A stretch of 64,000 bases of DNA from an uncultured Bacteriovoracaceae bacterium (GTDB lineage: Bacteria; Bdellovibrionota; Bacteriovoracia; Bacteriovoracales; Bacteriovoracaceae), in contig CAXGUD010000017.1 of NCBI GenBank assembly GCA_964012805.1, positions 1-64,000 of the forward strand. Reading direction: 5' to 3'. The notes under the pieces were generated by a model, which saw nothing but the letters and a program-made list of their open reading frames with translations, had not been told where the DNA came from and did not search any database. The translations under genes were made by a program, and so were the position numbers. Positions 20,566 through 31,196 of this stretch are shown piece after piece. Positions within the stretch are counted from its first letter, which is position 1. Each line of letters begins with the position of its first letter.

Positions 20566-23500
20566 ATGACTCATGAGCTCTTTAAATTTTTAAATGAAAA
20601 AATTCTATACCTAGATGGTGCAATGGGCACTATGATTCAGCAATACAACTTGCAAGAAGAAGACTTCAAAGGAGAAGTTTTTAAAAGCTTTTCACAAGAA
20701 CTAAAAGGAAATAATGACCTCCTTTCAATAACCAGACCTGATGTAATTAAGGAAATTCATACATTATATTTAGAAAGTGGTTCAAATATTATTTCCACAA
20801 ATACATTTAGTAGTACTCGTATCGCACAAGCAGATTATCAACTACAAGAATTTGCAAAAAAAATAAATGTTGAATCTGCAAAGATTGCAAAAGAAGCTAA
20901 AAATGAATTCCAGAGAAAAAATCCCGATAAAAATATTTGGGTTGCTGGTGCTTTTGGGCCAACCAATAGAACTGCAAGTATTAGCCCGGATGTAAATGAT
21001 CCTTCTTATAGAGCAGTCACCTTTGACGAGCTCTGTGATAACTACTTTGAACAAGCGGAAGGCTTGAGTGAGGGTGGTGCAGATATTTTCATTGTTGAAA
21101 CAGTTTTTGATACCCTAAATTTAAAAGCAGCAGTATTTGCTATTGAAAAATTCAAAGAAAAATACCCTGAAAAAAATATTCCGCTTATGATTTCAGTCAC
21201 TATTACGGATGCAAGTGGAAGAACGCTTTCAGGACAAACAGTTGAAGCATTTTGGAATTCAATTAGGCACTCAAAACCTTTATCTGTTGGTATAAATTGT
21301 GCATTAGGTGCAAAAGCAATGGAGCCTTACATTGAAGAGCTTTCCAAAATTTCAGACTGTTATGTCAGCTGCTACCCAAATGCCGGCTTACCTAACCCTT
21401 TAAGCAAAACTGGTTACGATGAAACGCCAGAAGATACAGCTCACCAACTCAAGCGTTTTGCCGAGAAAGGTCTTATTAACATAGTAGGAGGTTGTTGCGG
21501 GACAACTCCTAACCACATAAAAGCAATTATTGAAAAAACAAAAGTGTTTACCCCTAGAAGACGACCATCTATTAAAGTAGAAACTAGACTCAGCGGTCTA
21601 GAACCTCTAAATATACCTCCTGAAAAAGATAAGCCCTTTTTTATGATCGGTGAAAGGACTAACGTTACAGGCTCACCAAAATTTAGAAGATTAATTAAGG
21701 AAAATAATTTTGAAGAAGCTATATCTGTTGCGAGACAACAGGTTGAAAATGGAGCAAACATAATTGATATAAACTTTGATGAAGGTTTACTAGATTCAGA
21801 AAAGTGTATGGTTAAATTTTTAAATCTTTTAGCAGCAGAGCCTGATATCTGTCGTGTCCCCTTTATGATAGATTCATCAAAATGGGAAATTTTAGAATCT
21901 GGATTAAAGTGCATCCAGGGCAAACCTATCGTTAATTCGATTTCACTTAAAGAAGGTGAAGAGAGCTTTATTTCAAAAGCCAAAAAATTAATGAAATATG
22001 GAGCTGCTGTAGTTGTTATGGCATTTGATGAAAAAGGACAAGCCGCTGAAAAAGATGATAAGGTTAATATATGCAAAAGAGCTTATAAATTACTCAAATC
22101 TATTAATTTTCCTCCTGAAGATATAGTCTTCGATCCCAATGTTTTAACTGTTGCAACTGGTATGGAAGAGCATAACAACTATGCCGTAGATTTTATTGAA
22201 TCAATAAAAGAGATAAAAGAAAGTTGCCCTTATGCACTTACAAGTGGAGGTATCAGCAATATTAGTTTTAGCTTAAGAGGGAATAACTATGTCAGAGAGG
22301 CCATGCACTCATCTTTTCTTTTTCATTCGATTAAGTCAGGGTTAGATATGGGTATTGTAAATGCTGGAATGCTGACAGTTTACGATGATATTGAAAAGCC
22401 TCTTCTTGAAAAAGTAGAGGATGTCTTGTTAAACAGAAATAATGATAGTACGGAAATGCTTATTGATTACTCAGAGCAATTTAAGGGCCAATCAAAAAAT
22501 ATAAAAAAATCTAATACGGAATGGAGGAACAAAAGTATAGGAGAAAGAATATCTCATTCTCTTGTTCATGGTATAACTGATTATATTTTGGAAGATACGG
22601 AGGAAGCTAGGAAAAGCAAAGAAAGACCATTAGATGTTATTGAAGGTCCTCTCATGGACGGAATGAAAATTGTTGGACAACTTTTTGGGGACGGTAAAAT
22701 GTTTCTTCCTCAAGTTGTTAAAAGTGCCAGAGTAATGAAGAAAGCTGTTAATTATCTTGAACCTTTTATGGAAGAAGAAAAGAAAAGCAACAGGGATTTT
22801 AGGGAACGGGGAACATTTGTAATTGCGACAGTAAAAGGTGATGTTCATGACATTGGTAAAAATATTGTAGCCGTTGTCCTTGCATGTAACGGATACAAAA
22901 TAATAGATTTAGGTGTAATGGTATCAATAGAAAACATTATTAAGGCCCTTAAAGAACATAAAGCAGATATATTTGGAATGAGTGGTTTAATAACGCCTTC
23001 TCTAGATGAGATGATCTATAACGTGCAAAAAATCAAAGATGAAAATATTAATATACCAATTTTGATTGGTGGAGCTACTACATCAAAAACACATACAGCA
23101 GTAAAAATAGCACCACATACAAGTAATCCAATTATACACGTTTCTGATGCTTCATTAGCTGTGAATGTTTGTCAAAAAGCTCTAGACCCTAAAAAAAGAG
23201 ATACTTATATTAAAGAGATAAAAGAATCTCAAACAAAATTGAAAGAAAACTTTTTGAAAAGTAAGGAGTCTATCAATTTATTATCACTAAAAAAGGCTCA
23301 GTCTAACCGACTAAAAATTGACTGGGATAATTTTAAAGAACCAAAGCCAGAATTTATAGGAACCAAATTATATAATAATATAGAACTTGGGGAAATTTCT
23401 TCATACATAGACTGGTCCCCTTTCTTTTGGACATGGGAACTTAAGGGAACCTACCCAAAAATTCTATCCCATAAAAGTTATGGCAAACAAGCAAAAAGCC

Positions 23501-24252
23501 TTTTCGAAGATGCTCAAACTTATCTTAAAAACATCATTGATAAAAAAATATTCAAGCCTTTAGCAATAGCAGCTATATGGAAAGCCAATAGTGAAGGTGA
23601 TGATATAAACATTTATGATATCTCAGATGAAAAAAAATTAAGAGGTAAGTTTCATTTTTTGAGGCAACAACAGCCGAAAACTAAAACATCTTATAGTCTT
23701 AGTGATTTTGTTGCACCAACAAGTAGTGGAAAAAATGACTACATTGGTGGTTTTGCTGTCACCATTGGAAATGAAGTTGAAAATTATGCTAAAACTTTTG
23801 AAGACATAGGGGATGACTATTCATCTATTTTAATTAAAGCAATCGGAGATAGGCTTGCTGAGGCATTGGCAGAACTGATTCACAAAAAAATGAGATCACT
23901 TTTCTATCCTCATGAAAAAGAAGACCTAACACTTAATGATCTTATAAAAGAAAAGTACTCCGGCATAAGGCCTGCTCATGGATATCCAGCTTGTCCCGAT
24001 CATACAGAGAAAACTTTTTTATGGGACCTACTTGATGTGGAAAGTAAAATAGGAGTATCCCTTACAACCTCTTTTGCGATGAATCCACCAAGTTCTGTGT
24101 CAGGACTCTACTTTTTCAATAATGAAGCTAAGTACTTTAATATTGGCCTAATTTCACAAGAGCAAGTTAAAAGCTATTCAAACCGAAAAGATATTTCTGA
24201 GAAGGAAGCTGAAAAGTGGCTTTCTAGTAATCTTGGGTATACGGTTGAATAG
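20566..24252 (+). CDS. metH: Cobalamin-dependent methionine synthase
   Basis: DGAMGT, GGCCGT (Zn), [18 protein letters not shown] (B12), [12 protein letters not shown] (reactivation domain). Confidence 0.98.
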   Translation: MTHELFKFLNEKILYLDGAMGTMIQQYNLQEEDFKGEVFKSFSQELKGNNDLLSITRPDVIKEIHTLYLESGSNIISTNTFSSTRIAQADYQLQEFAKKINVESAKIAKEAKNEFQRKNPDKNIWVAGAFGPTNRTASISPDVNDPSYRAVTFDELCDNYFEQAEGLSEGGADIFIVETVFDTLNLKAAVFAIEKFKEKYPEKNIPLMISVTITDASGRTLSGQTVEAFWNSIRHSKPLSVGINCALGAKAMEPYIEELSKISDCYVSCYPNAGLPNPLSKTGYDETPEDTAHQLKRFAEKGLINIVGGCCGTTPNHIKAIIEKTKVFTPRRRPSIKVETRLSGLEPLNIPPEKDKPFFMIGERTNVTGSPKFRRLIKENNFEEAISVARQQVENGANIIDINFDEGLLDSEKCMVKFLNLLAAEPDICRVPFMIDSSKWEILESGLKCIQGKPIVNSISLKEGEESFISKAKKLMKYGAAVVVMAFDEKGQAAEKDDKVNICKRAYKLLKSINFPPEDIVFDPNVLTVATGMEEHNNYAVDFIESIKEIKESCPYALTSGGISNISFSLRGNNYVREAMHSSFLFHSIKSGLDMGIVNAGMLTVYDDIEKPLLEKVEDVLLNRNNDSTEMLIDYSEQFKGQSKNIKKSNTEWRNKSIGERISHSLVHGITDYILEDTEEARKSKERPLDVIEGPLMDGMKIVGQLFGDGKMFLPQVVKSARVMKKAVNYLEPFMEEEKKSNRDFRERGTFVIATVKGDVHDIGKNIVAVVLACNGYKIIDLGVMVSIENIIKALKEHKADIFGMSGLITPSLDEMIYNVQKIKDENINIPILIGGATTSKTHTAVKIAPHTSNPIIHVSDASLAVNVCQKALDPKKRDTYIKEIKESQTKLKENFLKSKESINLLSLKKAQSNRLKIDWDNFKEPKPEFIGTKLYNNIELGEISSYIDWSPFFWTWELKGTYPKILSHKSYGKQAKSLFEDAQTYLKNIIDKKIFKPLAIAAIWKANSEGDDINIYDISDEKKLRGKFHFLRQQQPKTKTSYSLSDFVAPTSSGKNDYIGGFAVTIGNEVENYAKTFEDIGDDYSSILIKAIGDRLAEALAELIHKKMRSLFYPHEKEDLTLNDLIKEKYSGIRPAHGYPACPDHTEKTFLWDLLDVESKIGVSLTTSFAMNPPSSVSGLYFFNNEAKYFNIGLISQEQVKSYSNRKDISEKEAEKWLSSNLGYTVE

Positions 24253-24303
24253 ATATAATTAAATTCATTTTGACTTTAAATTAATTACGTAATAAGTAAA
24301 ATT

Positions 24304-24750
24304 ATGGATAATGATATCATAATTGAAGAAATTGATTCCGCTCTTAAAAAAGCTCGTTTCACATTGCCAGAAAGAGTTATTAAAAGTGAAGACCTAAAAG
24401 AGTTGGCTTATTCTAGTAAAAACATTAAACAATTTTGCTTAATGATAAAAATGATTTTTATTTTTCATCAATCTAACCCTCAAAATAAAAGCATTCTATC
24501 TCTTCTCAAAGATTCTGTCTCAAAATCAGGCTATCCTTATAATGAGTGGCTCGAAGCCATTGAGTACCTTTCAATATGGTTAAGTAAAAGAAACTCTCAC
24601 GGTTGCTTAAAAGATATAATTCAATATATTTCTTGTATTGTAGAGTTCAACTCCAATAAAATTCCTCAAAGCCTTTGCATCCTATTAGAACTCATGCTCG
24701 ATACATATGGCTTTGATAAAAAAACTAAAAGCTTAAACATTCATTCATAA
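24304..24750 (+). CDS. Hypothetical protein (148 aa)
   Basis: Open ORF after metH, helical-looking, no recognised motif; 3' end overlaps the convergent gene by 26 nt. Confidence 0.65.
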   Translation: MDNDIIIEEIDSALKKARFTLPERVIKSEDLKELAYSSKNIKQFCLMIKMIFIFHQSNPQNKSILSLLKDSVSKSGYPYNEWLEAIEYLSIWLSKRNSHGCLKDIIQYISCIVEFNSNKIPQSLCILLELMLDTYGFDKKTKSLNIHS

Positions 24751-25837
24751 GTTTACGAACAAGAAACTTTGAAATTGCTGGTGACGCTGTAAATCCAGGT
24801 GATTCAATTCCACATAACTCAAAATAGCCAGGTATCCCAAGATCCTTTGGCCCCTTTATCCAAAAATCATCGTAGTACTGTCCATTCTTTTTTATTTTAG
24901 AGCGTATACCAGAATAGTCTAGATGAAGCTTTTTCTCGTCAATATGTTTATAAATTTTAGAAATAGTTTCTATCATTTTTTTTGTAATATCATCGTCTTT
25001 CATTTCGTATTCTATCTTATTTACTTCAAATGAGTTAGGACCGAATCGAATACTTCCGTCTGAATCAAAACTTGTATGAATCCCTAATCCTTCTAAGTTC
25101 TTATCGGGAATAGGATAAATTAATGATGGGCATGGGATTTTACCTGAATATTTTAAATAATAACCTTTTACAAAATATTCTTCTATGTCATCTAGGCCTA
25201 TCTTTTTTCTAATTTTAACAGAATCTAAACCACAAGCATTAATCAAAAACTTTGTCTCGATGACTTCATCTTTTGTTTCAACTATAATATTGTTTTTACC
25301 TCTTCTAATATCCAAGACCTCATGCTCTTTTAAAAGTGGTATCCTTTTCTTAAAAACACGTTTTTCTACCTCTTTTATTACTTGACCAAGATCAATTACG
25401 CCTGTTTCCTTAGAAAAGAAAGCCTTCTTAACATTTATTATTTTTCTTAATTTCTCTATTTCATTTTTTTTTACCCAAGATATATTTTTTATATTATTTT
25501 CTTTAGCCTGATTAAAAATTTTTTCTAAAAAAGGTATCTCATCTTCATTAATTGCAATTAAATATTTTCCACACTTTTTAACATCAATATCAATTTCTTC
25601 TCCCATTTTATACCATAACCTATTTCCTTCTATGCAAAACTTTTTCTTAAGTGAATGAAAAGGATAATAAATACCAGCATGGAGAACACCACTGTTCCTA
25701 CTCGAAGAATGTTCCCCTACAAACCTCTCTTTTTCCAAAATGGCAAAATCTAATCCCGGAAATGCCATTTCTACTTCCAATCCAATCAACATTCCTAGTA
25801 TCCCACCCCCAACAATTACTCCATCTAACTCTATCAT
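24725..25837 (-). CDS. FAD-dependent oxidoreductase, L-2-hydroxyglutarate oxidase (LhgO)-like
   Basis: VGGGILG, SSRNSGVLHAGIYY, GLGIH, YSGIR, GIESPGFTAS. Confidence 0.9.
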   Translation of the reverse strand: MIELDGVIVGGGILGMLIGLEVEMAFPGLDFAILEKERFVGEHSSSRNSGVLHAGIYYPFHSLKKKFCIEGNRLWYKMGEEIDIDVKKCGKYLIAINEDEIPFLEKIFNQAKENNIKNISWVKKNEIEKLRKIINVKKAFFSKETGVIDLGQVIKEVEKRVFKKRIPLLKEHEVLDIRRGKNNIIVETKDEVIETKFLINACGLDSVKIRKKIGLDDIEEYFVKGYYLKYSGKIPCPSLIYPIPDKNLEGLGIHTSFDSDGSIRFGPNSFEVNKIEYEMKDDDITKKMIETISKIYKHIDEKKLHLDYSGIRSKIKKNGQYYDDFWIKGPKDLGIPGYFELCGIESPGFTASPAISKFLVRKLMNECLSF

Positions 25838-25845
25838 TAACGTTC

Positions 25846-26340
25846 CTAGTTTTTTAAAGCTTCCCTAATTAAATCACGATAATCACAATAACCCCAAAAG
25901 AAAACTTTTTTCATGGATATGTAATCTTTAGTTTCAGCAATTAGATTCTGCCTCTCTACTTTTTTTAAAAGCTCATCTATTTGGTAAAGGTGATGCTCTA
26001 AAATATTCTGCTCCTCTTTTTTTAGCCATACCTTTTTCAAACCAAATTGAAGATTATCTCTTTTTATTAAATAAATATTGATAAAATATTCAAAGAGTTC
26101 CTTTATTTCACTTTTTATATTTTCAATTTTTTTGATCTCTAAAAAGGCTTTTTTTTCTTTTTTATATTCAATCCCAAGTAAAGCTTCATTTTTTGACAAT
26201 ACATCCTCTTTTAAAAAACGATTAATAATTTTTTCTAATATTTTTTTATTAATTAAACTTTCTTTAGATAAAGATTCAATATTTTTTTTACCATAGTAGA
26301 GCGCTTCCAAAGCAACTCTTTCTAAGAGAACTAAACTCAT
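25846..26340 (-). CDS. Hypothetical protein, possible N-terminal winged-helix
   Basis: LEALYYGKKNIESLSKESLINKKILEKIINRFLKEDVL resembles a wHTH; 8 nt from the next gene. Confidence 0.6.
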   Translation of the reverse strand: MSLVLLERVALEALYYGKKNIESLSKESLINKKILEKIINRFLKEDVLSKNEALLGIEYKKEKKAFLEIKKIENIKSEIKELFEYFINIYLIKRDNLQFGLKKVWLKKEEQNILEHHLYQIDELLKKVERQNLIAETKDYISMKKVFFWGYCDYRDLIREALKN

Positions 26341-26361
26341 TTTTACTTTCCTTTAAATAAT

Positions 26362-26667
26362 TTAATTTATTTTTTTCAATTCTGAAATTTTTATGGTTCT
26401 TTTCATAAAATTAGTAATCTCTAATATTTTTTCCTCATCTAACTTAAAAGCGCATTCGTTTGCTAAGGATACTATTTTCAAAGTTTTATCGAGGTTAAAA
26501 AGAGATTTTTTTTGAAAGATCTCGAACTCTTTTAACTTCATTTCCTTCCCATGAAGTATTCTAAAGACTCTTGTTAGTTGGATTCCAGTATCCTTAGAGA
26601 TTTCTTTTAGAGTTTTAAATCCAGTTGAGCGAATATATTTATCAATTACCCACATTTGCAATGACAT
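26362..26667 (-). CDS. Small helix-turn-helix protein
   Basis: TLKEISKDTGIQLTRVFRILHG HTH; AGGAGG SD. Confidence 0.8.
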   Translation of the reverse strand: MSLQMWVIDKYIRSTGFKTLKEISKDTGIQLTRVFRILHGKEMKLKEFEIFQKKSLFNLDKTLKIVSLANECAFKLDEEKILEITNFMKRTIKISELKKIN

Positions 26668-26707
26668 CTTTATAAACCTCCTTAAAAGTCATGTTTATCA
26701 TTAAGGA

Positions 26708-26723
26708 AGCAATATCAATGCCA
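26708..26723 (-). promoter_or_regulatory. sigma54 (-24/-12) promoter
   Basis: Minus strand TGGCATTGATATTGCT = GG-N10-GC with TTGC, about 40 nt upstream of ORF 26667. Confidence 0.75.
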
Positions 26724-26736
26724 AAAAAATAAAATA

Positions 26737-26749
26737 TAAGTATTTGAAA
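26737..26749 (-). promoter_or_regulatory. IHF-like binding site
   Basis: TTTCAAATACTTA, one mismatch to WATCAANNNNTTR, between the sigma54 site and the upstream inverted repeat. Confidence 0.5.
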
Positions 26750-26778
26750 TTTCGAAGGTACAAAAATGAGCAGTGATG

Positions 26779-26815
26779 AACTTTAGTTAACTTTTTGTTT
26801 CTTTTAACTAAAGTT
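26779..26815. repeat. 12-bp perfect inverted repeat (candidate enhancer/UAS)
   Basis: AACTTTAGTTAA-N13-TTAACTAAAGTT. Confidence 0.7.
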
Positions 26816-26826
26816 ACATTTTGTCC

Positions 26827-27183
26827 TTACTTTTTTAGGAGATATTTTGCAAAAGAGACAATTTTCCTAATATTAAAAGGCTTTTCAAAGAATAGAAGAT
26901 TTCCATAATTATCTACTTCATCTATTCTTCCAGAAATCATTAAAATTCCAGACTTCTTACACTTATTTTCTTTATTTTTTAGTGCTTCAACAAAGTCAAC
27001 TCCATTTAAATAAGGCATTGCAAAGTCGACCGTCATCAAATCATAAAAATTTTCTTTCGCTTTAAGAAAGGCATCTAGGCCATCTTCGGCTATATCTATT
27101 TCGCAATCAAACTCTTCTTCAAGAGACATCTGTATAATCTCTCTTATGTCTTCCTCGTCATCTACCACTAGAAATTTGTACAT
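26827..27183 (-). CDS. Single-domain response regulator
   Basis: LVVDDEEDIRE, TVDFAMPYLNG, MISG, EKPF. Confidence 0.92.
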   Translation of the reverse strand: MYKFLVVDDEEDIREIIQMSLEEEFDCEIDIAEDGLDAFLKAKENFYDLMTVDFAMPYLNGVDFVEALKNKENKCKKSGILMISGRIDEVDNYGNLLFFEKPFNIRKIVSFAKYLLKK

Positions 27184-27317
27184 TGGGTGCCGCCTGGGTA
27201 CAGAATTTAATCAGTTTTTAGTCGGTTCACAAAATTATATCAAAAATCATTTTTTGATTTTAGTCGTAAATTTTTCCTGAATTCATAAAAGAAGCTTAAC
27301 TATCTTGAGTAAATCTC

Positions 27318-28217
27318 TTAACTTTTCCCAACACTTGAACCTAGTTTTAAAAAAACCTCTAAACCTTTCGACGTCCATTTTTGTATATCTTGAGAAGGTT
27401 CCCATGCTCCTTTTTGTCCAAGAACAATCACCGTCGATCCACCAAATAAGAAGTACCCTTTTTCTTGACCCCTCATAAAGTTTGTTTTCTCATAGGTCTG
27501 AACAATTTTCCCAACCATCATCGCTCCGACCTCTACATAGGCAATTCTTCCAAAGTTCTTAGTTTCGAGGATTGTGACATGCCTTTCATTTTTAAGGAAA
27601 ATATCATTCTTCTTCTTAAGTGCTACAGGGTTCACAGAGTCTAAAGCACCATGCACTTTATAGAAGTCTAAAACCTCTCCCTCGTCTGGAAAATGAAACC
27701 GATGATAATCAGAAGGGCAAAGCCTTCCAATTAAAAGAGGGCCATCTAAAAACTCTTTACTCCACTTTTCGTTGGAAACAATCTTCTCAGGGTCTAAAAA
27801 CTTTCCCTTTACCGGCAACTTTACATGAGGACCCACAGATTTATAGCCAAGATAACGCCCCTCGGCAAAAGCACCCATCTCAGAGGAGTCCTCGGGAAAA
27901 GATCTCTCACCCTCTTTAAACTTCCTCACAAAAAAATTATTAAAGCTCGAAAAGGGCTGGTCTTTAGAGCAGCCCTCCTCCAGTTGGAATTCACACATTT
28001 GGATATCAAAATCCTTAATAAATTTGTTAATTTTATGCTGACTCAAAAGTGAGCTATTTTGAACAGCACCGTATATTTTGCTCAAATTAGGGCCACTCAA
28101 AAACTTACTGATCATAAGACCAGGAGTTGTTCCATACAACCACTTAATGGCTTTTTCACCGTAAACCTTTTCTAATTGAAAACAATCTTTTTCCCTGTTA
28201 AAAACTTTAATTTCCAC
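27318..28217 (-). CDS. psd: Phosphatidylserine decarboxylase proenzyme
   Basis: FNNFFVRK, RLCPSDYHRFHFP, KNER, FGGST self-cleavage motif. Confidence 0.93.
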   Translation of the reverse strand: MEIKVFNREKDCFQLEKVYGEKAIKWLYGTTPGLMISKFLSGPNLSKIYGAVQNSSLLSQHKINKFIKDFDIQMCEFQLEEGCSKDQPFSSFNNFFVRKFKEGERSFPEDSSEMGAFAEGRYLGYKSVGPHVKLPVKGKFLDPEKIVSNEKWSKEFLDGPLLIGRLCPSDYHRFHFPDEGEVLDFYKVHGALDSVNPVALKKKNDIFLKNERHVTILETKNFGRIAYVEVGAMMVGKIVQTYEKTNFMRGQEKGYFLFGGSTVIVLGQKGAWEPSQDIQKWTSKGLEVFLKLGSSVGKS

Positions 28218-28331
28218 CTAAGAATCCTTGAAAAGTTGTACCTGAAATATATTATAACCTTATCACTTGGGCCACGTGGGAAGGTCTACTTTTTTAATTA
28301 AATCCACTCTTAAAACCGTAGGAGTTGTTTT

Positions 28332-29399
28332 GTGAAAAAATTAAATAAATATTATTTTATCATTATTTTAGTGGCACTCTCTCTTTCACTAAACTTTAAA
28401 GGGAGTTCTAAATTAAATGATAACCAGCTTTTATTGGAAAACGAAAAAAATACAATAAATATTTTTAGAACCTCAGTTCACTCTGTGGTAAACATTACAA
28501 ACGTCAAAATAGGCAGGGCTTCTTGGCCATTTGGCAGAACTCAAGAAAGAAAGGGTGGAATTGGCTCTGGTTTTGTTTGGGATAGCGATGGACACATTGT
28601 GACAAATAGTCACGTTGTTTCAGGAGGAAACTCCTTTCTTGTTTCTTTTCACAAAGATAAAAAACAATACAAAGCTAAAATTATCGGAGCTGAACCAAAT
28701 AAAGATATTGCTATTTTAAAACTTGTCGACATGCCCACCTCTTTAAAACCTGTTCAAATAGGTTCTTCAAACAACCTCTTAGTAGGGCAAAAAACCCTGG
28801 CCATTGGGAGCCCCTACGGCTTAGATCATACAATGACCTCTGGAATTATTTCTGCACTTAAACGTGTTATTGAAGGATTTGGGGGGGTAACAATTAAAGG
28901 CGTTATTCAAACAGATGCCTCAATCAATCCAGGAAACTCCGGTGGTCCTCTTCTAAACTCAGCCGGTCAACTTATTGGAATGAACACAAGCATTGTTAGC
29001 ACAAGTGGAGCAAGCGCAGGACTAGGCTTTGCAGTTCCAGTAGATACGATCAAAAGAGTTGTTCCTCAGCTCATAAAATACGGTAAAGTCATAAGACCAG
29101 GCTTAGGCATTGGAATTGAAGAAAACTATACAGGAAAAAGGAAAGGTTTAATTGTTTTATACACTCAAGAAAATGGCGCTGCCGAAAAAGCTGGTCTAAG
29201 GGGAGTCAGACAAGATGCTTACGGAAAACGTTATTTGGGCGATATCATTTTGAAAATAAATGGCAAGGAAACCAATTCATACAACGACATTTATCATATT
29301 TTAGATAATTATAAAGTTGGTGACACCATTGAAGTAACATTTTTAAGAAATGGTGAAATTAAAACAACAACAGTCAAACTAACCCCATTATCTTATTAA
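28332..29399 (+). CDS. HtrA/Deg-family serine protease with a single PDZ domain
   Basis: GSGFVW, TNSHV, DIAIL, QTDASINPGNSGGPL; C-terminal PDZ (GDIILKING). Confidence 0.95.
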   Translation: MKKLNKYYFIIILVALSLSLNFKGSSKLNDNQLLLENEKNTINIFRTSVHSVVNITNVKIGRASWPFGRTQERKGGIGSGFVWDSDGHIVTNSHVVSGGNSFLVSFHKDKKQYKAKIIGAEPNKDIAILKLVDMPTSLKPVQIGSSNNLLVGQKTLAIGSPYGLDHTMTSGIISALKRVIEGFGGVTIKGVIQTDASINPGNSGGPLLNSAGQLIGMNTSIVSTSGASAGLGFAVPVDTIKRVVPQLIKYGKVIRPGLGIGIEENYTGKRKGLIVLYTQENGAAEKAGLRGVRQDAYGKRYLGDIILKINGKETNSYNDIYHILDNYKVGDTIEVTFLRNGEIKTTTVKLTPLSY

Positions 29400-29416
29400 A
29401 GAAGGAGAATCCACCT

Positions 29417-30130
29417 ATGAACAAGAGCTCTCTTACTAATTTTATATCTTTAATGGTCATCTTTTTAGGTCATTACAGCCCTATCTATAAGGAGCAAATC
29501 CTATCAATTGGTTACTTTGCTCTTTCCGGAGCAATAACGAATTGGCTAGCTATCCACATGTTATTTGAGAAAGTTCCAGGGCTTTATGGCTCAGGAGTTA
29601 TACCTTCAAGGTTTAAGGAGTTTAAAGAAGGAATACACTCTCTCATAATGGGTCAATTCTTTACTCGAGCAAATATTAAAAAGTTTTTTGCGGATAAAGA
29701 GGAAAGCCTTCTAGACAAACTTGACCTGACGAACCTCTTAGATAGCCTAGATTACAAAAAGTTTTTTGATGGACTCATTGAAACTATTGAACAATCCTCC
29801 TTTGCCCCTATGCTTATGATGGTTGGAGGAACAGGTGCTCTTGAGCCAATGCGAGGGCCATTTACTGAAAAAATGAAAAACACTCTCCATGACTATATCC
29901 AAACTGAGGAATTTAAAGAAAACCTAAAGTCCACAGAAAAGTCTAATGATATTAAAGAGGAAATTATTCAAAAGGTTGAAGTTATTGTCCAAAAAAGGTT
30001 GGATGAACTCACTCCTGAAATGGTAAAAACAATCATTCAGGAAATGATCAAAAAACACCTAGGATGGCTAGTCGTATGGGGCGGCGTCTTTGGAGGTGCT
30101 ATAGGACTTATAATGAGCCTTTTAAAATAA
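29417..30130 (+). CDS. DUF445-family membrane protein
   Basis: GAITNWLAIHMLF and WLVVWGGVFGGAIG motifs. Confidence 0.85.
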   Translation: MNKSSLTNFISLMVIFLGHYSPIYKEQILSIGYFALSGAITNWLAIHMLFEKVPGLYGSGVIPSRFKEFKEGIHSLIMGQFFTRANIKKFFADKEESLLDKLDLTNLLDSLDYKKFFDGLIETIEQSSFAPMLMMVGGTGALEPMRGPFTEKMKNTLHDYIQTEEFKENLKSTEKSNDIKEEIIQKVEVIVQKRLDELTPEMVKTIIQEMIKKHLGWLVVWGGVFGGAIGLIMSLLK

Positions 30131-30179
30131 AAGGCTCATTTATTCTGAAAAATATTTTAACAAAAAATGGCCCTAATTT

Positions 30180-31196
30180 TTAAGCATTGGGGTCTATCGC
30201 ATCTCTTACTCCACTTCCAATAATACTCAATAAAAACAAAGTTGAGAATAAAGCAAGTGAAGGATAGAAAGCTAACCACCAAGCTGTCGTAAAGTTTTTC
30301 TGAGCTTGGTTTAAAAGCTCTCCCCAACTTGGCGTTGGAACAGGAAGACCAAACCCAAGATAATCAAGTCCTGCCAAAGCAGAAATGTTCCCTGCAATGA
30401 TAAAAGGTGCAAAGGTGATAAGTGGTGTCAAAGAGTTAGGCAGTATATGCTTAAAAAGAATTGAAGGAGTTGATGCCCCAAGAGACTTAGCAGCTTCTAC
30501 AAAGTCTCTCTTCCTATTCTTTAAAAACTCAGCCCTGATATAGTAACTCATTGGTATCCAACCCAGAAAGCAAGATACGAAAATAAGAAGAGGAAGGTTT
30601 GGTTTGTAAATCGCAATTAAAGTCAGCAAAATAAAAAATTGAGGCATGGTTTGAAGAATCTCTATAATTCTTTGGCCTAAGAAGTCTATCTTACCCCCAA
30701 AAAATCCCATGATCGCACCGACGATAGCACCTAGAACTGTTGTAATTAACCAGACGACAAAGGCATAAATTATACTGTATTTAAACCCATACAAAAGCCT
30801 CGTTAAAACATCTCTTCCTCTATCATCAGTTCCTAGAAGGTTGATATCTGAGGGAGGCGAAGGATAATTAGCAACATTTTGGTTACTTTCATTAGGATTC
30901 CATTTGATGATTGGCCAAACAGAAAAATCATCTTCGCCCAACTTTATCCTTCTGTAATCCACCGAAAGGATATCTGTAATTCCAAAGTTCCTTGGATGAT
31001 AATCTTTAACAACTGGAAAATAATAGGTGCCCTTGTACTTCATTAAAATAGGCTTACTATTCGCCAAAAAAGGTGAAATAAAAGTTGCAACCAGCATTAT
31101 CAAAAAGATAATGCATGATACAACGGCGAGCCTTCTTCTTTTAAAACTTCGCCAACGTTTTAGACTCAATTCGTTTTTTATAAATTTTTCAATCAT
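30180..31196 (-). CDS. Peptide ABC transporter permease (YejE/OppC-like)
   Basis: LGTDDRGRDVL, EAAKSLGA loop, LDYLGFGLP..PSWGELL. Confidence 0.93.
   Translation of the reverse strand: MIEKFIKNELSLKRWRSFKRRRLAVVSCIIFLIMLVATFISPFLANSKPILMKYKGTYYFPVVKDYHPRNFGITDILSVDYRRIKLGEDDFSVWPIIKWNPNESNQNVANYPSPPSDINLLGTDDRGRDVLTRLLYGFKYSIIYAFVVWLITTVLGAIVGAIMGFFGGKIDFLGQRIIEILQTMPQFFILLTLIAIYKPNLPLLIFVSCFLGWIPMSYYIRAEFLKNRKRDFVEAAKSLGASTPSILFKHILPNSLTPLITFAPFIIAGNISALAGLDYLGFGLPVPTPSWGELLNQAQKNFTTAWWLAFYPSLALFSTLFLLSIIGSGVRDAIDPNA

Noticed and set aside
21441..22076. 211-aa antisense ORF inside metH
   Set aside because: Ser/Phe/Ile-rich mirror-frame translation typical of a shadow ORF
27243..27261. AAAATCA-N5-TGATTTT inverted repeat upstream of the response regulator
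   Set aside because: Short and low-complexity in AT-rich DNA; likely by chance
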